NCBI RefSeq assembly: GCF_006345805.1
Contig: NC_043021.1
Span: 21,390,001-21,454,000 of the forward strand
DNA from: Octopus sinensis
Taxonomy: Eukaryota
DNA length: 64,000 bases
Direction: 5' to 3'
Position 1 is the first letter of the stretch; every line of letters begins with the position of its first letter. The position numbers and the translations under genes are program-made. Positions 12,030-24,074 of the stretch are shown here, piece after piece. The notes beneath the pieces are model-generated. The model worked only from the letters and a program-made list of their open reading frames with translations, made no database searches and was not told the origin of the DNA.

Positions 12030-12166
12030 GTGTATTTTCTGTCGAAAGCGTAGGCTCGAACGTAAAAGACTTGTTTTATTTCTTTCCTGAGCGCCATACT
12101 AATACAATTGCTTGTTTGTACTCCACCTGCCTTCGTCTTTTGTTTATTTTCGTAACCTTTCCCATT

Positions 12167-12202
<36 letters not shown>

Positions 12203-12350
12203 AAGGGCTAAAAAACACTGGGTGGATCAGTCGTATGCTGAAGTAGATCAACTACGATCAAACTACAAAGAAAAGAATGTTCTCTAGAGGAAAATTCAGC
12301 GGACACCAGAACAATATGCGGGCGAGACAGATGAAAATTATATAAAAAAC
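12030..12350 (+). mobile_element. Two decayed PLE pseudo-LTR-like fragments around a (TA)n tract
   Basis: Degenerate hammerhead-like motifs at 12032-12070 (CTGTCGA aAGC gtag GCTc GAAC GTA) and 12233-12270 (CTGAAGTA GATC aactac GATC AAAC). Both cores are damaged. Confidence 0.35.
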
Positions 12351-12351
12351 C

Positions 12352-12371
<20 letters not shown>

Positions 12372-12391
<20 letters not shown>

Positions 12392-12720
12392 AATGCCCAC
12401 ATTCCATGTTTGCATGGGTCAGACAGAGTTTATTTGAGGCAGATTTTCTACAGCTGAATGACCCCTTTATGTCGTCAACCCACATCTGTTTCCAAGCAAG
12501 ATAATATATTCACATATAGACAGTTATGGTTCTTGCAGAATATTGAAAACAAATGATATATTGTGTGTATGATAGCGATACTCATTTACAACTAACATGT
12601 GATGTTAAGACAGGGGCACACGTACACACACACACACACACATACATGCATACATACATTTTTTTTTCAGATTTTGTCTCCAAAATTGACTCATAAGGCT
12701 TTGGTCAGCCTGAGGCTGAT
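12372..12720 (-). mobile_element. Old SINE family F (family-A-like head, RTE-like tail), cut by the assembly gap
   Basis: Head-side CATAAGGCTTTGGTCAGCCTGAGG resembles family A. Tail-side CCATGTTTGCATGGGTCAGAC...GAGGCAGATTTTCTACAGCTG resembles the family D RTE 3' end. Related relics at about 11800-11970 and 25880-26240. Confidence 0.55.
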
Positions 12721-12744
12721 CATATGGTTGGGATGTATGCAAAC

Positions 12745-12844
12745 NNNNNNNNNNNNNNNNNNNNNNNNNNNNNNNNNNNNNNNNNNNNNNNNNNNNNNNN
12801 NNNNNNNNNNNNNNNNNNNNNNNNNNNNNNNNNNNNNNNNNNNN
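12745..12844. other. Assembly gap (100 N)
   Basis: Run of exactly 100 N, probably an unknown-size scaffold gap. Confidence 0.99.
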
Positions 12845-13027
12845 TGGAATTGACACGTGGTAGAATATGCTCAGAAAACTGCTCTATTGGGGACAGTAAG
12901 GATTTTGAGGTTGGTAACTTTGATGTAAGGTATCGTGGAAAGAGACCCTGTGAGACCCTTGACAACAGGTTGTTGTAGGTTCTTACAGAATTAACCAGAG
13001 CAAGTAAAAGTGGGAGATTTGAGAAGG

Positions 13028-13058
<31 letters not shown>
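12845..13058 (+). mobile_element. R4/Dong-type (RLE) LINE 3' end followed by (TAA)n
   Basis: GIDT(W)VEYAQKTALLGTVRILRLV matches the C-terminal QKxALLGTARILR motif of RLE-type R4/Dong LINEs; the UTR ends in (TAA)n. Confidence 0.65.
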
Positions 13059-13061
<3 letters not shown>

Positions 13062-13810
13062 TCCTTTTTAATGAAGGCACAAGGCCTGGAATTTTGTGGG
13101 AGGAGACTAGTTGATTACATCGACCCCCAGTGTTTCACTGGTACTTAACTTATCAACCCTGAGAGGATGAAACGTAAGGTCGACCTCAGTGGAATTTGAA
13201 CTCAGAACATAGCAATGGGCAAAATACCGTTAAGCATTTCATCTAGCAAGCTAATGATTCTGCCAGCTCCCCTCAATAATAATAATAATAATCCTTTCTA
13301 CTAAAGACACAAGGTCAGTAATTTCAAGGGAGTGGCTAAGTCAATTACATCGACACCAGTACTCAACTGGTACTTAATTTATCGACCCCAGAAGGCAAAG
13401 CTGACCTCGGTGGAATTTGAGCTCAGAACGTAGCAATAGACAAAATACAATAATAATAATAATAATCCTTTCTACTGGAAACACGAGGCCTCAAATGTGG
13501 GGGAACATTGAGTTACATTGCAATTTGAGTTACATTGCAACTTCATTGCTCAACTGGTACATATTTTACTGATCCTGAAAGAATGAAATCTAAGGTCAAC
13601 CTTGGCGGAATTTGAACACGGGACATTACGATGGATGAAATGCTGCCAAGCATTTTGCCCAGCATGCTAATAATTCTGCCAACTCGCTGCCTTAATAATA
13701 ACACGGATTTCAAATCTTTGCAGAAGAACAGCAATTTCAAGGGAGTGGCTAAGTTGATTACATCAAACCCAGTACTCAACTGTTACTCATTTTATTGGCC
13801 CTGAAAGGAT
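13059..13810 (-). mobile_element. Cluster of four same-orientation family-B-type SINE copies separated by (AAT)n
   Basis: Repeated ...ACTGGTAC..TTTATC.ACCC.GAAAGGATGAAA...GGAATTTGAAC blocks start near 13059, 13290, 13465 and 13700. Confidence 0.7.
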
Positions 13811-13814
13811 TTTT

Positions 13815-14235
13815 GGTTAGCTCTGTTAGACTGTCAAAAAGAATAATTATGGGAATTGTATCATAGTTTAAATAGGTTGGAAGTCATAATAGTATAGGCT
13901 CTGGATAAAGAATTAGTGCCAATAGTACATTTGTAAAATATGTCCTTAGCAATAAATATTTGTGGTTCAAGGTGCAATTCTTGGTATTACTCACATAGCA
14001 GTTGTTAGTGGAAGGATTTTCACTAGTTTTAAGTAGGCTGTGTATGTGTGAAAGAAGCTATAATCAGTTTCAAGTTTGGAGTAGTTGAGTAAGACATTTT
14101 TGTTGTATTTTGGCTGAAGATTTTATGTATGTGAGTTGGAGGAAAGTGTTTTTTAAGTAGGATCAAGAAATTCTTTCCTACAGAGGTAGCTACATTAATG
14201 TTGCAAGGAGATGCAACCCAAGAACTGCATGTGGC
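13815..14235 (-). mobile_element. Penelope-like element fragment (RT-EN linker plus GIY-YIG endonuclease), frameshifted
   Basis: NVATSVGKNFLILLKKHFPPTHIHKIFSQNTTKMSYSTTPNLKLII, then NNCYVSNTKNCTLNHKYL, then KDIFYKCTIGTNSLSRAYTIMTSNLFKL*YNSHNYSF. This matches PLE motifs FLxLxDKHFP..KIFNRNTVKVSYSC, the CxCx5CPL linker and the GIY-YIG region. Confidence 0.8.
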
Positions 14236-14286
14236 TGTATGTGTGTACATTTTATATGTATGCATGCTTGTGTGTATGTGTGTATG

Positions 14287-14318
<32 letters not shown>

Positions 14319-14399
14319 ATACATACATACATACACATATTATATGTGTATGCATGCAAATGCACATATGTGTATATACATATAATACACACACACATT

Positions 14400-14795
14400 T
14401 TATTCTTTTACTTGTTTCAGTCATTTGACTGTGGCCATGCTGGAGCACCACCTTAAAGAGTTTTAGTTGAAGAAATCAACCCCCAGGACTTACTCTTTGT
14501 AAGATAAATACCTATTCTATCGGTCTCTTTTGCTGAACCGCTATGTTACAGGTACATAAACTCACCAGCATCAGCTGTCAAGTGACAGCAGGGGGGACAA
14601 ACACATACACACACATATATATATGATTAGCTTCTTTCAGTTTCCCTCTACCAAATCCACTCACAAGGCTTTGGTCAGCCCAAAGCTATAGTAGAAGACA
14701 CACAAAGACACTTGGCCAAGGTGCTATGCAGTGGGACTGAACCCAGAACTATCTGGCTGGGAAGCAAGCTTCTTACCACACAGTCACGCCTGTGT
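14400..14795 (-). mobile_element. Family A SINE, older diverged copy
   Basis: Full family A layout with many substitutions. Confidence 0.8.
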
Positions 14796-14837
14796 CTATA
14801 TCTATATCTATATAGTTTAAGTAATACTATATAATTA

Positions 14838-15252
14838 GGCGCAGGAGTGGCTGTTTGGTAAGTAGCTTGCTAACCAACCACATGGTTCCGGGTTCAGTCC
14901 CACTGCGTGGCATCTTGGGCAAGTGTCCTCTGCTATAGCCCCAGGCCGACCAATGCCTTGTGAGTGGATTTGGTAGACGCAAACTGAAAGAAGCCTGTCG
15001 TATACATGTATATATATATAAGTGTGTGTGAATATGCTTGTGTGTCTGTGTTTGTTCCCCTAGCATTGCTTGACAACCGATGCTGGTGTGTTTACGTCCC
15101 CGTCACTTAGCGGTTCGGCAAAAGAGACCGATAGAATAAGTACTGGGCTTACAAAGAATAAGTCCTGGGGTCGATTTGCTCGACTAAAGGCGGTGCTCCA
15201 GTATGGCCGCAGTCAAATGACTGAAACAAGTAAAAAAAAAGAGTAAAGAGTA
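14838..15252 (+). mobile_element. Family A SINE with 14-bp TSD
   Basis: TSD ACTATATAATTAGG at 14826-14839 and 15253-15266. Confidence 0.92.
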
Positions 15253-15420
15253 ACTATATAATTAGGGTTTATGGTAACAACTCAGCAGTGGTTTGAAACT
15301 TTGGCCCAAGGCCTTAAATAATTGTTTCTAGCACAGACACAAGACCAGAAAGTGAGATGGGGGAATTAATTGGAGTGAAATTTGAACTAATTATATAGTA
15401 TTACTTAAACTTACCATAAA

Positions 15421-15907
15421 AACCCTATCTTGCACAGAACATTGACCTCCTGGAATCTGTCCAGAGACGTGCAACCAAACGCATACCCTCCATCAGACCC
15501 CTACCATATTCTGAGCGCCTTGTGTTCCCTGGGCATGGATTCACTGAAGCTCCGGGTCTGGTGACGACTTGGTAAACACCCACAAGGTATCAACTACCAA
15601 CCTCACCAACAACAACACTGAACACCTTTTTGATCTCCATGTGTCTAACACACGTGGACATGCCTACAAAGTCAGAACAACACACAGCTCCCATGACTTT
15701 CAGAAACATTTTTTCACGCTCAGAGTTGCTGAAGCATGGAATAAACTGCCTGCGTCAGTTGTGACTGCCATGACACTGCATCTTTTAAGGCCCTCATGCT
15801 TTCCGAAATCCGCCGAAACTACACCTGATTATATATACACTTTAGATGAGTTGTAGTGCACCTGAGCACTGTACACAATTATTATTATTATTTATTATTA
15901 TTATTAT
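15421..15907 (+). mobile_element. CR1-group LINE 3' end, 5'-truncated, (TTA)n tail
   Basis: NPYLAQNIDLLESVQRRATKRIPSIRPLPYSERL...NTRGHAYKV...KHFFTLRVAEAWNKLPASVV, with frameshifts. Confidence 0.85.
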
Positions 15908-15908
15908 T

Positions 15909-16603
15909 AAAATGGTCTTTTTCATACCGAATTCTACTTGATGAAATTACTAATTACTTCTTAATTAATTAATTTCACCCTTTGTTATTATTGATAATAG
16001 TATATATGTGTATATATATATATAATCGAAATCGATCAATGGAAATCGATCAATGGAAATTGCAGATGTGTTACCAGTGCCGGTGGCATGTAAGAGAACT
16101 TTCCGTTTCGCGACCGTTGCCAGCACCGCCCCGTTTCGTGTCCGTTGCCAGCCTCGCCTGGCCCTCGTGCCGGTGGCACATAAAAAGCACCATCCGTTCG
16201 TGGCCGTTTGCCAGCTCTGTCTGGCACCAGTGCGGGTGGCACGTAAAAAGCACCCACTACACTCACGGAGTGGTTGGCGTTAGGAAGGGCATCCAGCCGT
16301 AGAAACACTGCCAGATTTGACTGGGCCTGATGAAGCCTTCTGGCTTCACAGACCCCAGTAGAACCGTCCAACCCATGCTAGCATGGAAAACGGACGCTAA
16401 ACGATGATGATGATGATGATGATGATATAGTCAATAATAAAATGGTAAAACTAATTAATTATTAATTAATTTTACCAAGTAGTGTTCAGTATGTAAAAAG
16501 ACCATTTACGGTATATTTGAAACATTACGTTATATAATTAGGGTTCAGTAAAATAATTTACGGTAAAGTAAATTATTTTACTGAACCCTAATTATATAAC
16601 GTA
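15909..16603. repeat. AT-rich inverted-repeat complex (possibly PLE-derived) interrupted by an RTE copy
   Basis: 15909-15980 is an imperfect inverted copy of 16444-16512. A perfect 36-bp-arm palindrome lies at 16526-16603. Confidence 0.7.
16024..16426 (+). mobile_element. RTE-type LINE 3' UTR (family D), 5'-truncated
   Basis: Three GTGCCGGTGGCAC..AAAAGCACC-type units and a (GAT)n tail; nearly identical to part of 16874-17649. Confidence 0.85.
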
Positions 16604-16873
16604 TATATATATATTATATGTACATGCACACACAATTTTCCTTTTTTCCCTCTTGCCATAACTCATCAAGTAGCTCCCCAAATATTGTTCATTAGTTCCC
16701 AGGGTGTCATAGGTGAAACAAACTATATTTTGTCAGACTAACCATCATGGATAATGTATTTTTATTCACTCTCAGAATTATCTTTTAAGTTCTTTATTCT
16801 AAGTGGGTGGACACGGCTCCTTTTGAAATTGTCACTCTCTGGAATATATGTATACACCTCACCACATATATAT

Positions 16874-17649
16874 ATCATCATCATCATCATCATCGTTTAG
16901 CGTCCGTTTTCCATGCTAGCATGGGTTGGACGGTTCTACTGGGGTCTGTGAAGCCAGAAGGCTTCATCAGGCCCAGTCAAATCTGGCAGTGTTTCTACGG
17001 CTGGATGCCCTTCCTAACGCCAACCACTCCGTGAGTGTAGTGGGTGCTTTTTACGTGCCACCCGCACTGGGCCAGACAGAGCTGGCAAACGGCCACGAAT
17101 GGATGGTGCTTTTTATGTGCCACCGGCACGAGGGCCAGGCGAGGCTAGCAACGGACACGAAATGGGGCGGTGCTGGCAACGGTCGCGAATGGAAATTCTC
17201 TTACATGCCACCGGCACTGGTAAACATCTGCAATTTCATTGATCGATTTCCATTGATCGATTTCGATTCTGATCCTCACTTGCCTCAATGGGTCTTCACA
17301 AGCAGAGTTTCGACATGCCACCGGCACTGGTAGCACATCCGCAATTTCCATTGATCGATTTCGATTCTGATCCTCACTTGCCTCAACACGTCTTCACAAG
17401 TAGAGCTTTGTGTCCCAAGAAGGGAAGGTATGCATACGTAGGCTGGCTCCATCCCATGTAGAAGGCCACAGGTTGTGGACTCACTTGTCCTGCCGGGTCT
17501 TCTCACGCACAGCACACTTCCAGAGGTCTCGGTCTCTAGTCATTTCCTCAGTGAGACCTAAAGTTCGAAGGTCGTGCTTCACCACCTCGTCCCAGGTTTT
17601 CCTGGGTCTGCCTCTTCCACAGGTTCCCTCAACCGCTAGGGTGTGGCAA
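16874..17649 (-). mobile_element. RTE-clade LINE 3' end: RT C-terminus plus about 600-bp 3' UTR (family D)
   Basis: Minus strand CHTLAVEGTCGRGRPRKTWDEVVKHDLRTLGLTEEMTRDRDLWKCAVREKTRQDK* matches the RTE GRPRxxW...D...A.DR..W motif. The long UTR has tandem units and a (GAT)n tail; flanks are (TA)n. Confidence 0.85.
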
Positions 17650-18127
17650 TATATATATATGATTAAATAAACTTACAAACGCAAAAAGTGATGAGTAGGA
17701 AGGGAATAAATAAACAACTTCAATAAGGCAAGGTGGGTGAGGAGTGATAGCAGGGGTTGGGAGAATTGTTGGTTGGTTGGTTGGTTGGTTTAGTTCGTTG
17801 TTTGGATGGATAAAGAAGCAAGGAGATTGGTATGAATCTGCTTGGTAGAAGTATGAAAAATGAAGAGAGAAAGAAGTGAGGGAGAGAAAACCCAACATAA
17901 GATGCTAGTAGATTGACTACATCACTATGGTATATATATATATATATATATAGCTACATATATATATATATATATACACACATACATTTATATATGTATA
18001 TATACACATATATACACACACACATACATTTATATATATAATAATATATATATATATATATACGCACACACACATACATTTATATACATATATATATACA
18101 CACACACATACATTTATATATATTATG

Positions 18128-18179
<52 letters not shown>

Positions 18180-18293
18180 ACAAACACACATGTATAGCAC
18201 ATTTATTATTACACATGTATGTATGTATGTATATATATATATATATAATACACTTTTATATTTGTACATACACAAATATATACATGCATACGG

Positions 18294-18324
<31 letters not shown>

Positions 18325-18524
18325 TGTATGCAAAATAAAGAAAAGCAAAAACAAAAAAAGGAAAGAAAGAATGAAAGAAGAGACAGACTGTAGAAGGAAA
18401 ACTAAAGTAAAGAGATGAAATGAGATGAGATGAAAAGTCAAAAGAAGATTAGCAGCCGAGAAGCTGATCTTTCAGTTTTGCTAAGTCTGAGCAATAGCTT
18501 CACGCACAAAGGCTCCATAAAACA

Positions 18525-18555
<31 letters not shown>

Positions 18556-18789
18556 TCAATGGTTTCAAATTTTGCCTCAAGGGCAGCTTTTTTGGTGGGG
18601 AGGGTATAAGTTGATTACATCAACCCCAGTGTTCAATTAGTACTTAATTTATCAACCCTGAAAGGATGAAAGGCAAAGTCAACTTTGGTGGAACTTGAAC
18701 TCTAAACATAAAGGTGAAGAAGAAGAAGAAGAAGAAGAAGAAGAAGCAGCAGCAACAGCAGCAGCTCGAAATTGCGCAAATGCGGGCAA

Positions 18790-18900
18790 TGAAGAGATTA
18801 GCTGTCATCCCAGTTGTTGTAGGAGCACACTGGGAATAGTAAAACCAGGTTTAAGGAATGTTTCAGAAATTGGAATTGACACGTTGGTAGAATATGCTAA
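18790..18900 (+). mobile_element. R4/Dong-type LINE endonuclease fragment
   Basis: LAVIPVVVGA / GIVKPGLRNVSEIGIDTLVEYA; overlaps in sequence with the fragment starting at 12845 (GGAATTGACACG.GGTAGAATATGCT). Confidence 0.55.
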
Positions 18901-18902
18901 AT

Positions 18903-19153
18903 GATGGGGACGTAAATACACCAGCACCGGTTGTCAAGCAATGCTAGAGGGACAAACACAGACACACAAACACACACACACATACATATATACATATATA
19001 CGACAGGCTTCTTTCAGTTTCCATCTACCAAATCCACTCACAAGGCATTGGTCGGCCCGGGGCTATAGCAGAAGATATTTGCCCAAGTTGCCACGCAGTG
19101 GGACTGAACCCGGAACCATGTGGTTAGTAAGCAAGCTACTTACCACACAGCCA
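18903..19153 (-). mobile_element. Family A SINE, partial (5' two-thirds)
   Basis: Matches family A from the head to the post-microsatellite block. Confidence 0.8.
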
Positions 19154-19830
19154 CAAAGCATTTTGCCCAGTATGGTAACAACTCAGCAGTGGTTTGAAAA
19201 TTTGGCCCAAGGTCTTAAATAATTGTTTTTAGCACAGATACAAGACCAGAAAGTTGAGATGGGGTAATTAATTGGAGTGAAATTTGAACTCAGAACATAA
19301 AGGAACCAGAACTGATACGGAAAATCATTCTTCCAGATGCTCTAATGATTCTCCCAGCTCACCACCCAAAATAGCAATTATTATTGTTTCTAATTTAGGG
19401 TCAAAGTTAATAGAGTACTAATGACACCCAGTACCTGACTGGTACTTTATTTTATTGACCTCAGAGGGAGGGGAAACAACTTTGACCTCCCAGGGGCATT
19501 TGAATGCAGAATTTAAAGAGTCAGAAAAAATCTTGCAAGGAATTTCTTTCAATCCATTTTAACAATGTTGCTTCTGATTAACATAAAAAAAATGGCTACA
19601 AATTTCGGTAGGAATTCAGAAATTTTAAGGTGAGGGCGTCTAGTCAATTATATTAACCCCATTACTCAACTGATACTTTATTTCATTGACCCTGAAAAGA
19701 AGAAAGGCAATGATGCCTTTTATTGATTTCCAAAATCATAAAAGTTGGCAGAATTTGAACTCAGAATACAAAGGTCTAGAAGTAATGCTCTCAGTTATTT
19801 CACTTGATAGCTCTCAGCTATTTCACTATA

Positions 19831-20230
19831 GGTGCAGGAGTGGCTGTGTGGTAAGTAGCTTGTTTACCAACCACATGGTTCCAGGTTCAGTCCCACTGCG
19901 TGGCATCTTGGGCAAGTGTCTTCTACTATAGCCTCGGGCTGACCAAAGCCTTGTGAGTGGATTTGGTAGACAGAAACTGAAAAGAAGCCCGTCGTATATA
20001 TATATATATATATATGCGTGTGTGTATATGTTTGTGTGTCTGTGTTTGTCCCACTAGCATTGCTTGACAACCGATGCTGGTGTGTTTATGTCCCCGTCAC
20101 TTAGCGGTTCGGCAAAAGAGACCGATAGAATAAGTATTGGGCTTACAAAGAATAAGTCCCGGGGTCGAGTTGCTCGATTAAAGGCGGTGCTCCAGCATGG
20201 CCACAGTCAAATGACTGAAACAAGTAAAAT
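19831..20230 (+). mobile_element. Family A SINE, full length
   Basis: GGTGCAGGAGTGGCTGTGTGG...GACTGAAACAAGTAAAA. Confidence 0.9.
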
Positions 20231-20976
20231 AGTGATAGTCTAAAAACAATGATAATGATGCTTTCTTTCTTAGCCATACAAATCCACCATTTAATATCGA
20301 AACATTTCATACAGATATAAATAGAAAGGGTTACAAAAACATATGGAAAAGGGGCTCGTACATAAGTAATAAAGAGAATTGCCCCACCACAACCACCACC
20401 AATATATATGTATGTATATATGTGTGTGTGTGTGTGTGTGGTGTGTGGTGTGTGTACCCATATTGTCAGTGGATCATATATCTGAAAAAAGAGACACACT
20501 CTAAAATATATATATATACACATACATATATACTTGCATACACATACACACACACAATATATATATATACTTATATATACATACATACACATATATATGT
20601 ATGTACACATTAAATATATAAACATGTATATATATATATATATATATATACATGCACACATATATACATACACCCACATGTATATACATATATATATATT
20701 TATGTATTTATAATATATAATATAATATATATATATATATAATATACATGTGTATATATATATATATATGTATATATATGTAATGTATATCAATATATGT
20801 GTGTATGTGGTGTTGTATGAATTTATGTATGTATATATATGTACATAGTATATATGCATATCTATATATATATGTGTATGTGCGTGTGTGTATATATATA
20901 TATCCACACCAACACACACAGACATATACATATGCATGCATATGTATATGTCTGTGTGTGTTGGTGTTGATGTGCA

Positions 20977-21015
<39 letters not shown>

Positions 21016-21516
21016 CACACACACACACACACAATGATAATAATAAGAAGAGACACATTGTTAATTTTTTCCCCTCATTTCAAACCAACAGTTTTCATAG
21101 CAGTGATAGACATGTGGTGATAAAATATACATTTGATGTTGTATAGAATGGAAGAGAATTACCCAGAATTTCTGTTGCTGAAGATTCTTTCTTTATAACA
21201 TTGAAAATAGAAAATGACAAGATGGAATTTGGTAAAGAAGCCATTTCTCTTTGTTGTTTGTTTGTTTTGTTTTTTTCTTTTGCTTTGATTTTATCCATTT
21301 TATTTATTTATTTATTTTTATTTTTTTTAGTATTTTTGGTTGTTGTTATTGTTATTGTTTTTTTTGTTTCTTATATTCTGAGAGATAATAAACAAATGTA
21401 CAACTGCTCAGTTTTATGCACTGAAGTCTCTAAGACTTCCACTTTTGAAATCAAATTAATAAATATAAATTAGAGGACAATGCACATGCTCACATGCACA
21501 CAAATATATATATATG

Positions 21517-21584
<68 letters not shown>

Positions 21585-21819
21585 CACACAAATAGATACA
21601 AACACAAACACTTCTGAAGAATAAATTGCATGCTTTTGCATAAAGTCAATTTCTATTCTTAAAAAAATATTTTCTTTAAAGAAAGGAAGAAATGAAGGAC
21701 AATAGAGAGAAGAGAGAGAGAGAGAGAGAGAAGACGGACAGACAACTAGCTAGAGAGAAGCTAGAAAGATAGACAGACAGACAGACAGAAGATGGAATAA
21801 CAGATAGAGAGAGAGGGGG

Positions 21820-21873
21820 GGCAGTCAAACATTCAGACAGAGGACAGATGAAGAGACATCAGACTTGTAGATC

Positions 21874-21905
<32 letters not shown>

Positions 21906-21972
21906 GGGTAGATAGATAGATAGATAGATAGGTGGATGGATGGATGGATGGATGGATGGATGGATGGATGGG

Positions 21973-22003
<31 letters not shown>

Positions 22004-22041
22004 GTAGATGGATGGATGGATGGTTGGATGGATAGGTAGAT

Positions 22042-22072
<31 letters not shown>

Positions 22073-22232
22073 TAGTAAGATAGATAGGTAGATGGATGGA
22101 GGGATGGATGGATCGATGGATGGATGGGTAGATAGGTAGATAGATAGGTAGACAGACAGAGAGACAGATAGATAGTAAGATAGATAGATAGTAAGATAGA
22201 TAGGTAGGTAGGTAGGTAGGTAGGTAGGTAGG

Positions 22233-22295
<63 letters not shown>

Positions 22296-22319
22296 TAAGA
22301 TAGATAGATAGTAAGATAG

Positions 22320-22352
<33 letters not shown>

Positions 22353-22385
22353 TAGGTAGATAGAGAGAGAGATAGATGGGATAGA
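21820..22385. repeat. Compound (GATA)n/(GGAT)n/(GACA)n/(GGTA)n tetranucleotide satellite
   Basis: Directly visible. Confidence 0.95.
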
Positions 22386-22939
22386 CAGACAAATATGCCA
22401 TCTGTAGTAAACTAGATAAAATAAATAAATAAGAAAAAAATTTTAAATTTAAAAAAAACAACAATAAAATAAAATGAAAAATAAGAAAATATTTTTAAAA
22501 ATTGCAGATTTTTATTATATCAGATCTTGGAGGTTTTATCATTGGTTTTGAAATAAGGCACTTTTGATTTTCGCTGAATTTTACCGAAAAACCACAAAAT
22601 TATTATCTAACAAAACAAAAGAAATTTGAGAAAACCATGTTTCTGTGGGTATTTTATTGTTTAATTTGATTTCTTTCCATGTATGTCTTTTTTTTTTTTT
22701 TGGTTTTGCATTTTTTTTCTTTATTTTTGTTAGTTAAGTACTATCAACAGCAAGCTTGTACATACATACACACATATACATACACAAACACACACATACA
22801 CAAACACACACATACATAATGATCTTAGCTCAAAACAGGAGTATGAGAGGTGAAGCTGGGCAGATAGGTTGGGTGCAGGGGGGGTGAGGAGTGTCTTAGA
22901 TTTATGTTTAAATGTGACAGCTTTTATCTCTGCCTCCTA

Positions 22940-22986
<47 letters not shown>

Positions 22987-23389
22987 CTCTGCTCTGTTGG
23001 CATTGTAGCCACTACTGCCACCAACACCAGTCTATAATCATAACCAAAATGTGGTGGGAATGGGGGGAGGGGTAGAAAACATAAAAAATACAACAACAAA
23101 AAGATTTGTTATAAATCAATGAAATCTTACATAAACCGTTGTGTGGAAAGAGGAATGGAATGAATATTAAGTTTGTCTAATAAAATATAGCATCGAAGAA
23201 GAGATATCTGCATATTTGACATGAAAATAACAACTACCACCACTACTCGTTAAAGAGAGAGAGAGAGATTTTAAGTAAATGCTTTTCCTGCTAGAAATAG
23301 CAACTAAATCCAAAATATCCCACAAGTCACAAATCCTTTCATCTGAGAAAAAAAAAAACAAAAAAAAATACATTTGATATGTCCCTAAA

Positions 23390-23900
23390 TGAAACTGAGG
23401 ATGGTCTTGGATGGACTACCTGTTTCTTTATTACCCACAAGGGGCTAAACACAAAGGGGACAAACAAGGACAGACATAGGTATTAAGTCGATTACATCGA
23501 CCCCAGTGCGTAACTGGTACTTAATTTATCGACCCTGAAAGGATGAAAGGCAAAGTCGACCTCGGCGGAATTTGAACTCACAACGTAACGGCAGACGAAA
23601 TACCGCTAAGCATTTCGCCCGGCGTGCTAACGTTTCTGCCAACTCGCCGCCTTTTCTGTCTTGGATGGACTACCATTGATTCATAGGCCTGCAACAATTC
23701 AGGATCTGTGAGAGAAACTTTGCAAGGCGGAGTAAGACCAACTTTTCCACACACCCCGCTGGCAAAGTTGCTCTTTGCAAAATTAAAACAAGCAGTGATG
23801 TTGCTCTGTTTTGCAGTTTATTTTTTAACAGAGGACCCTGTCAGTTGTTTACTGGCCACTTCCTTGGATCTTCGAGCCCTAAATAACCAAACCAATTGAA
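23390..23900 (-). mobile_element. Possible decayed RLE-type (Hero/R2-like) LINE pre-RT fragment, split by a SINE-B insertion
   Basis: After removing the SINE and one TSD, the minus strand reads VFQLVWLFRARRSKEVASKQL..KK*TAKQSNITACFNFAKSNFASGVCGKVGL..KVSLTDP..HPRPSSVSF. This loosely resembles the RARR..NPFxFAK..GKL..SDP..P.P..F region of Hero-like ORFs; similarity judged by eye only. Confidence 0.3.
23421..23657 (-). mobile_element. Family B SINE with 17-bp TSD
   Basis: TSD GTCTTGGATGGACTACC at 23404-23420 and 23658-23674. Confidence 0.92.
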
Positions 23901-24074
23901 TACTGACTTGTTCTTCTAGATTCTGTTAACATTTGTTAGACAAGCCAAGAAGAGCATATCTCCATCCATCCATCCATCTTCCTTACTCCTCCATGGTGTT
24001 GCTTTGCATGCATAATAAAATAAATATGTACAAATTATAAAAATAAGAGAAGAAAAATATACAGTACAGTACTA

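Noticed and set aside
12599-12978. ORFs containing X runs
   Set aside because: They span the N gap and join unrelated sequences on either side.
16328-16350. CTGATGA followed by a hairpin (AGCC TTCT GGCT)
   Set aside because: No GAAA follows stem II and the other family D copies read CTGGTGCA here; not a hammerhead.
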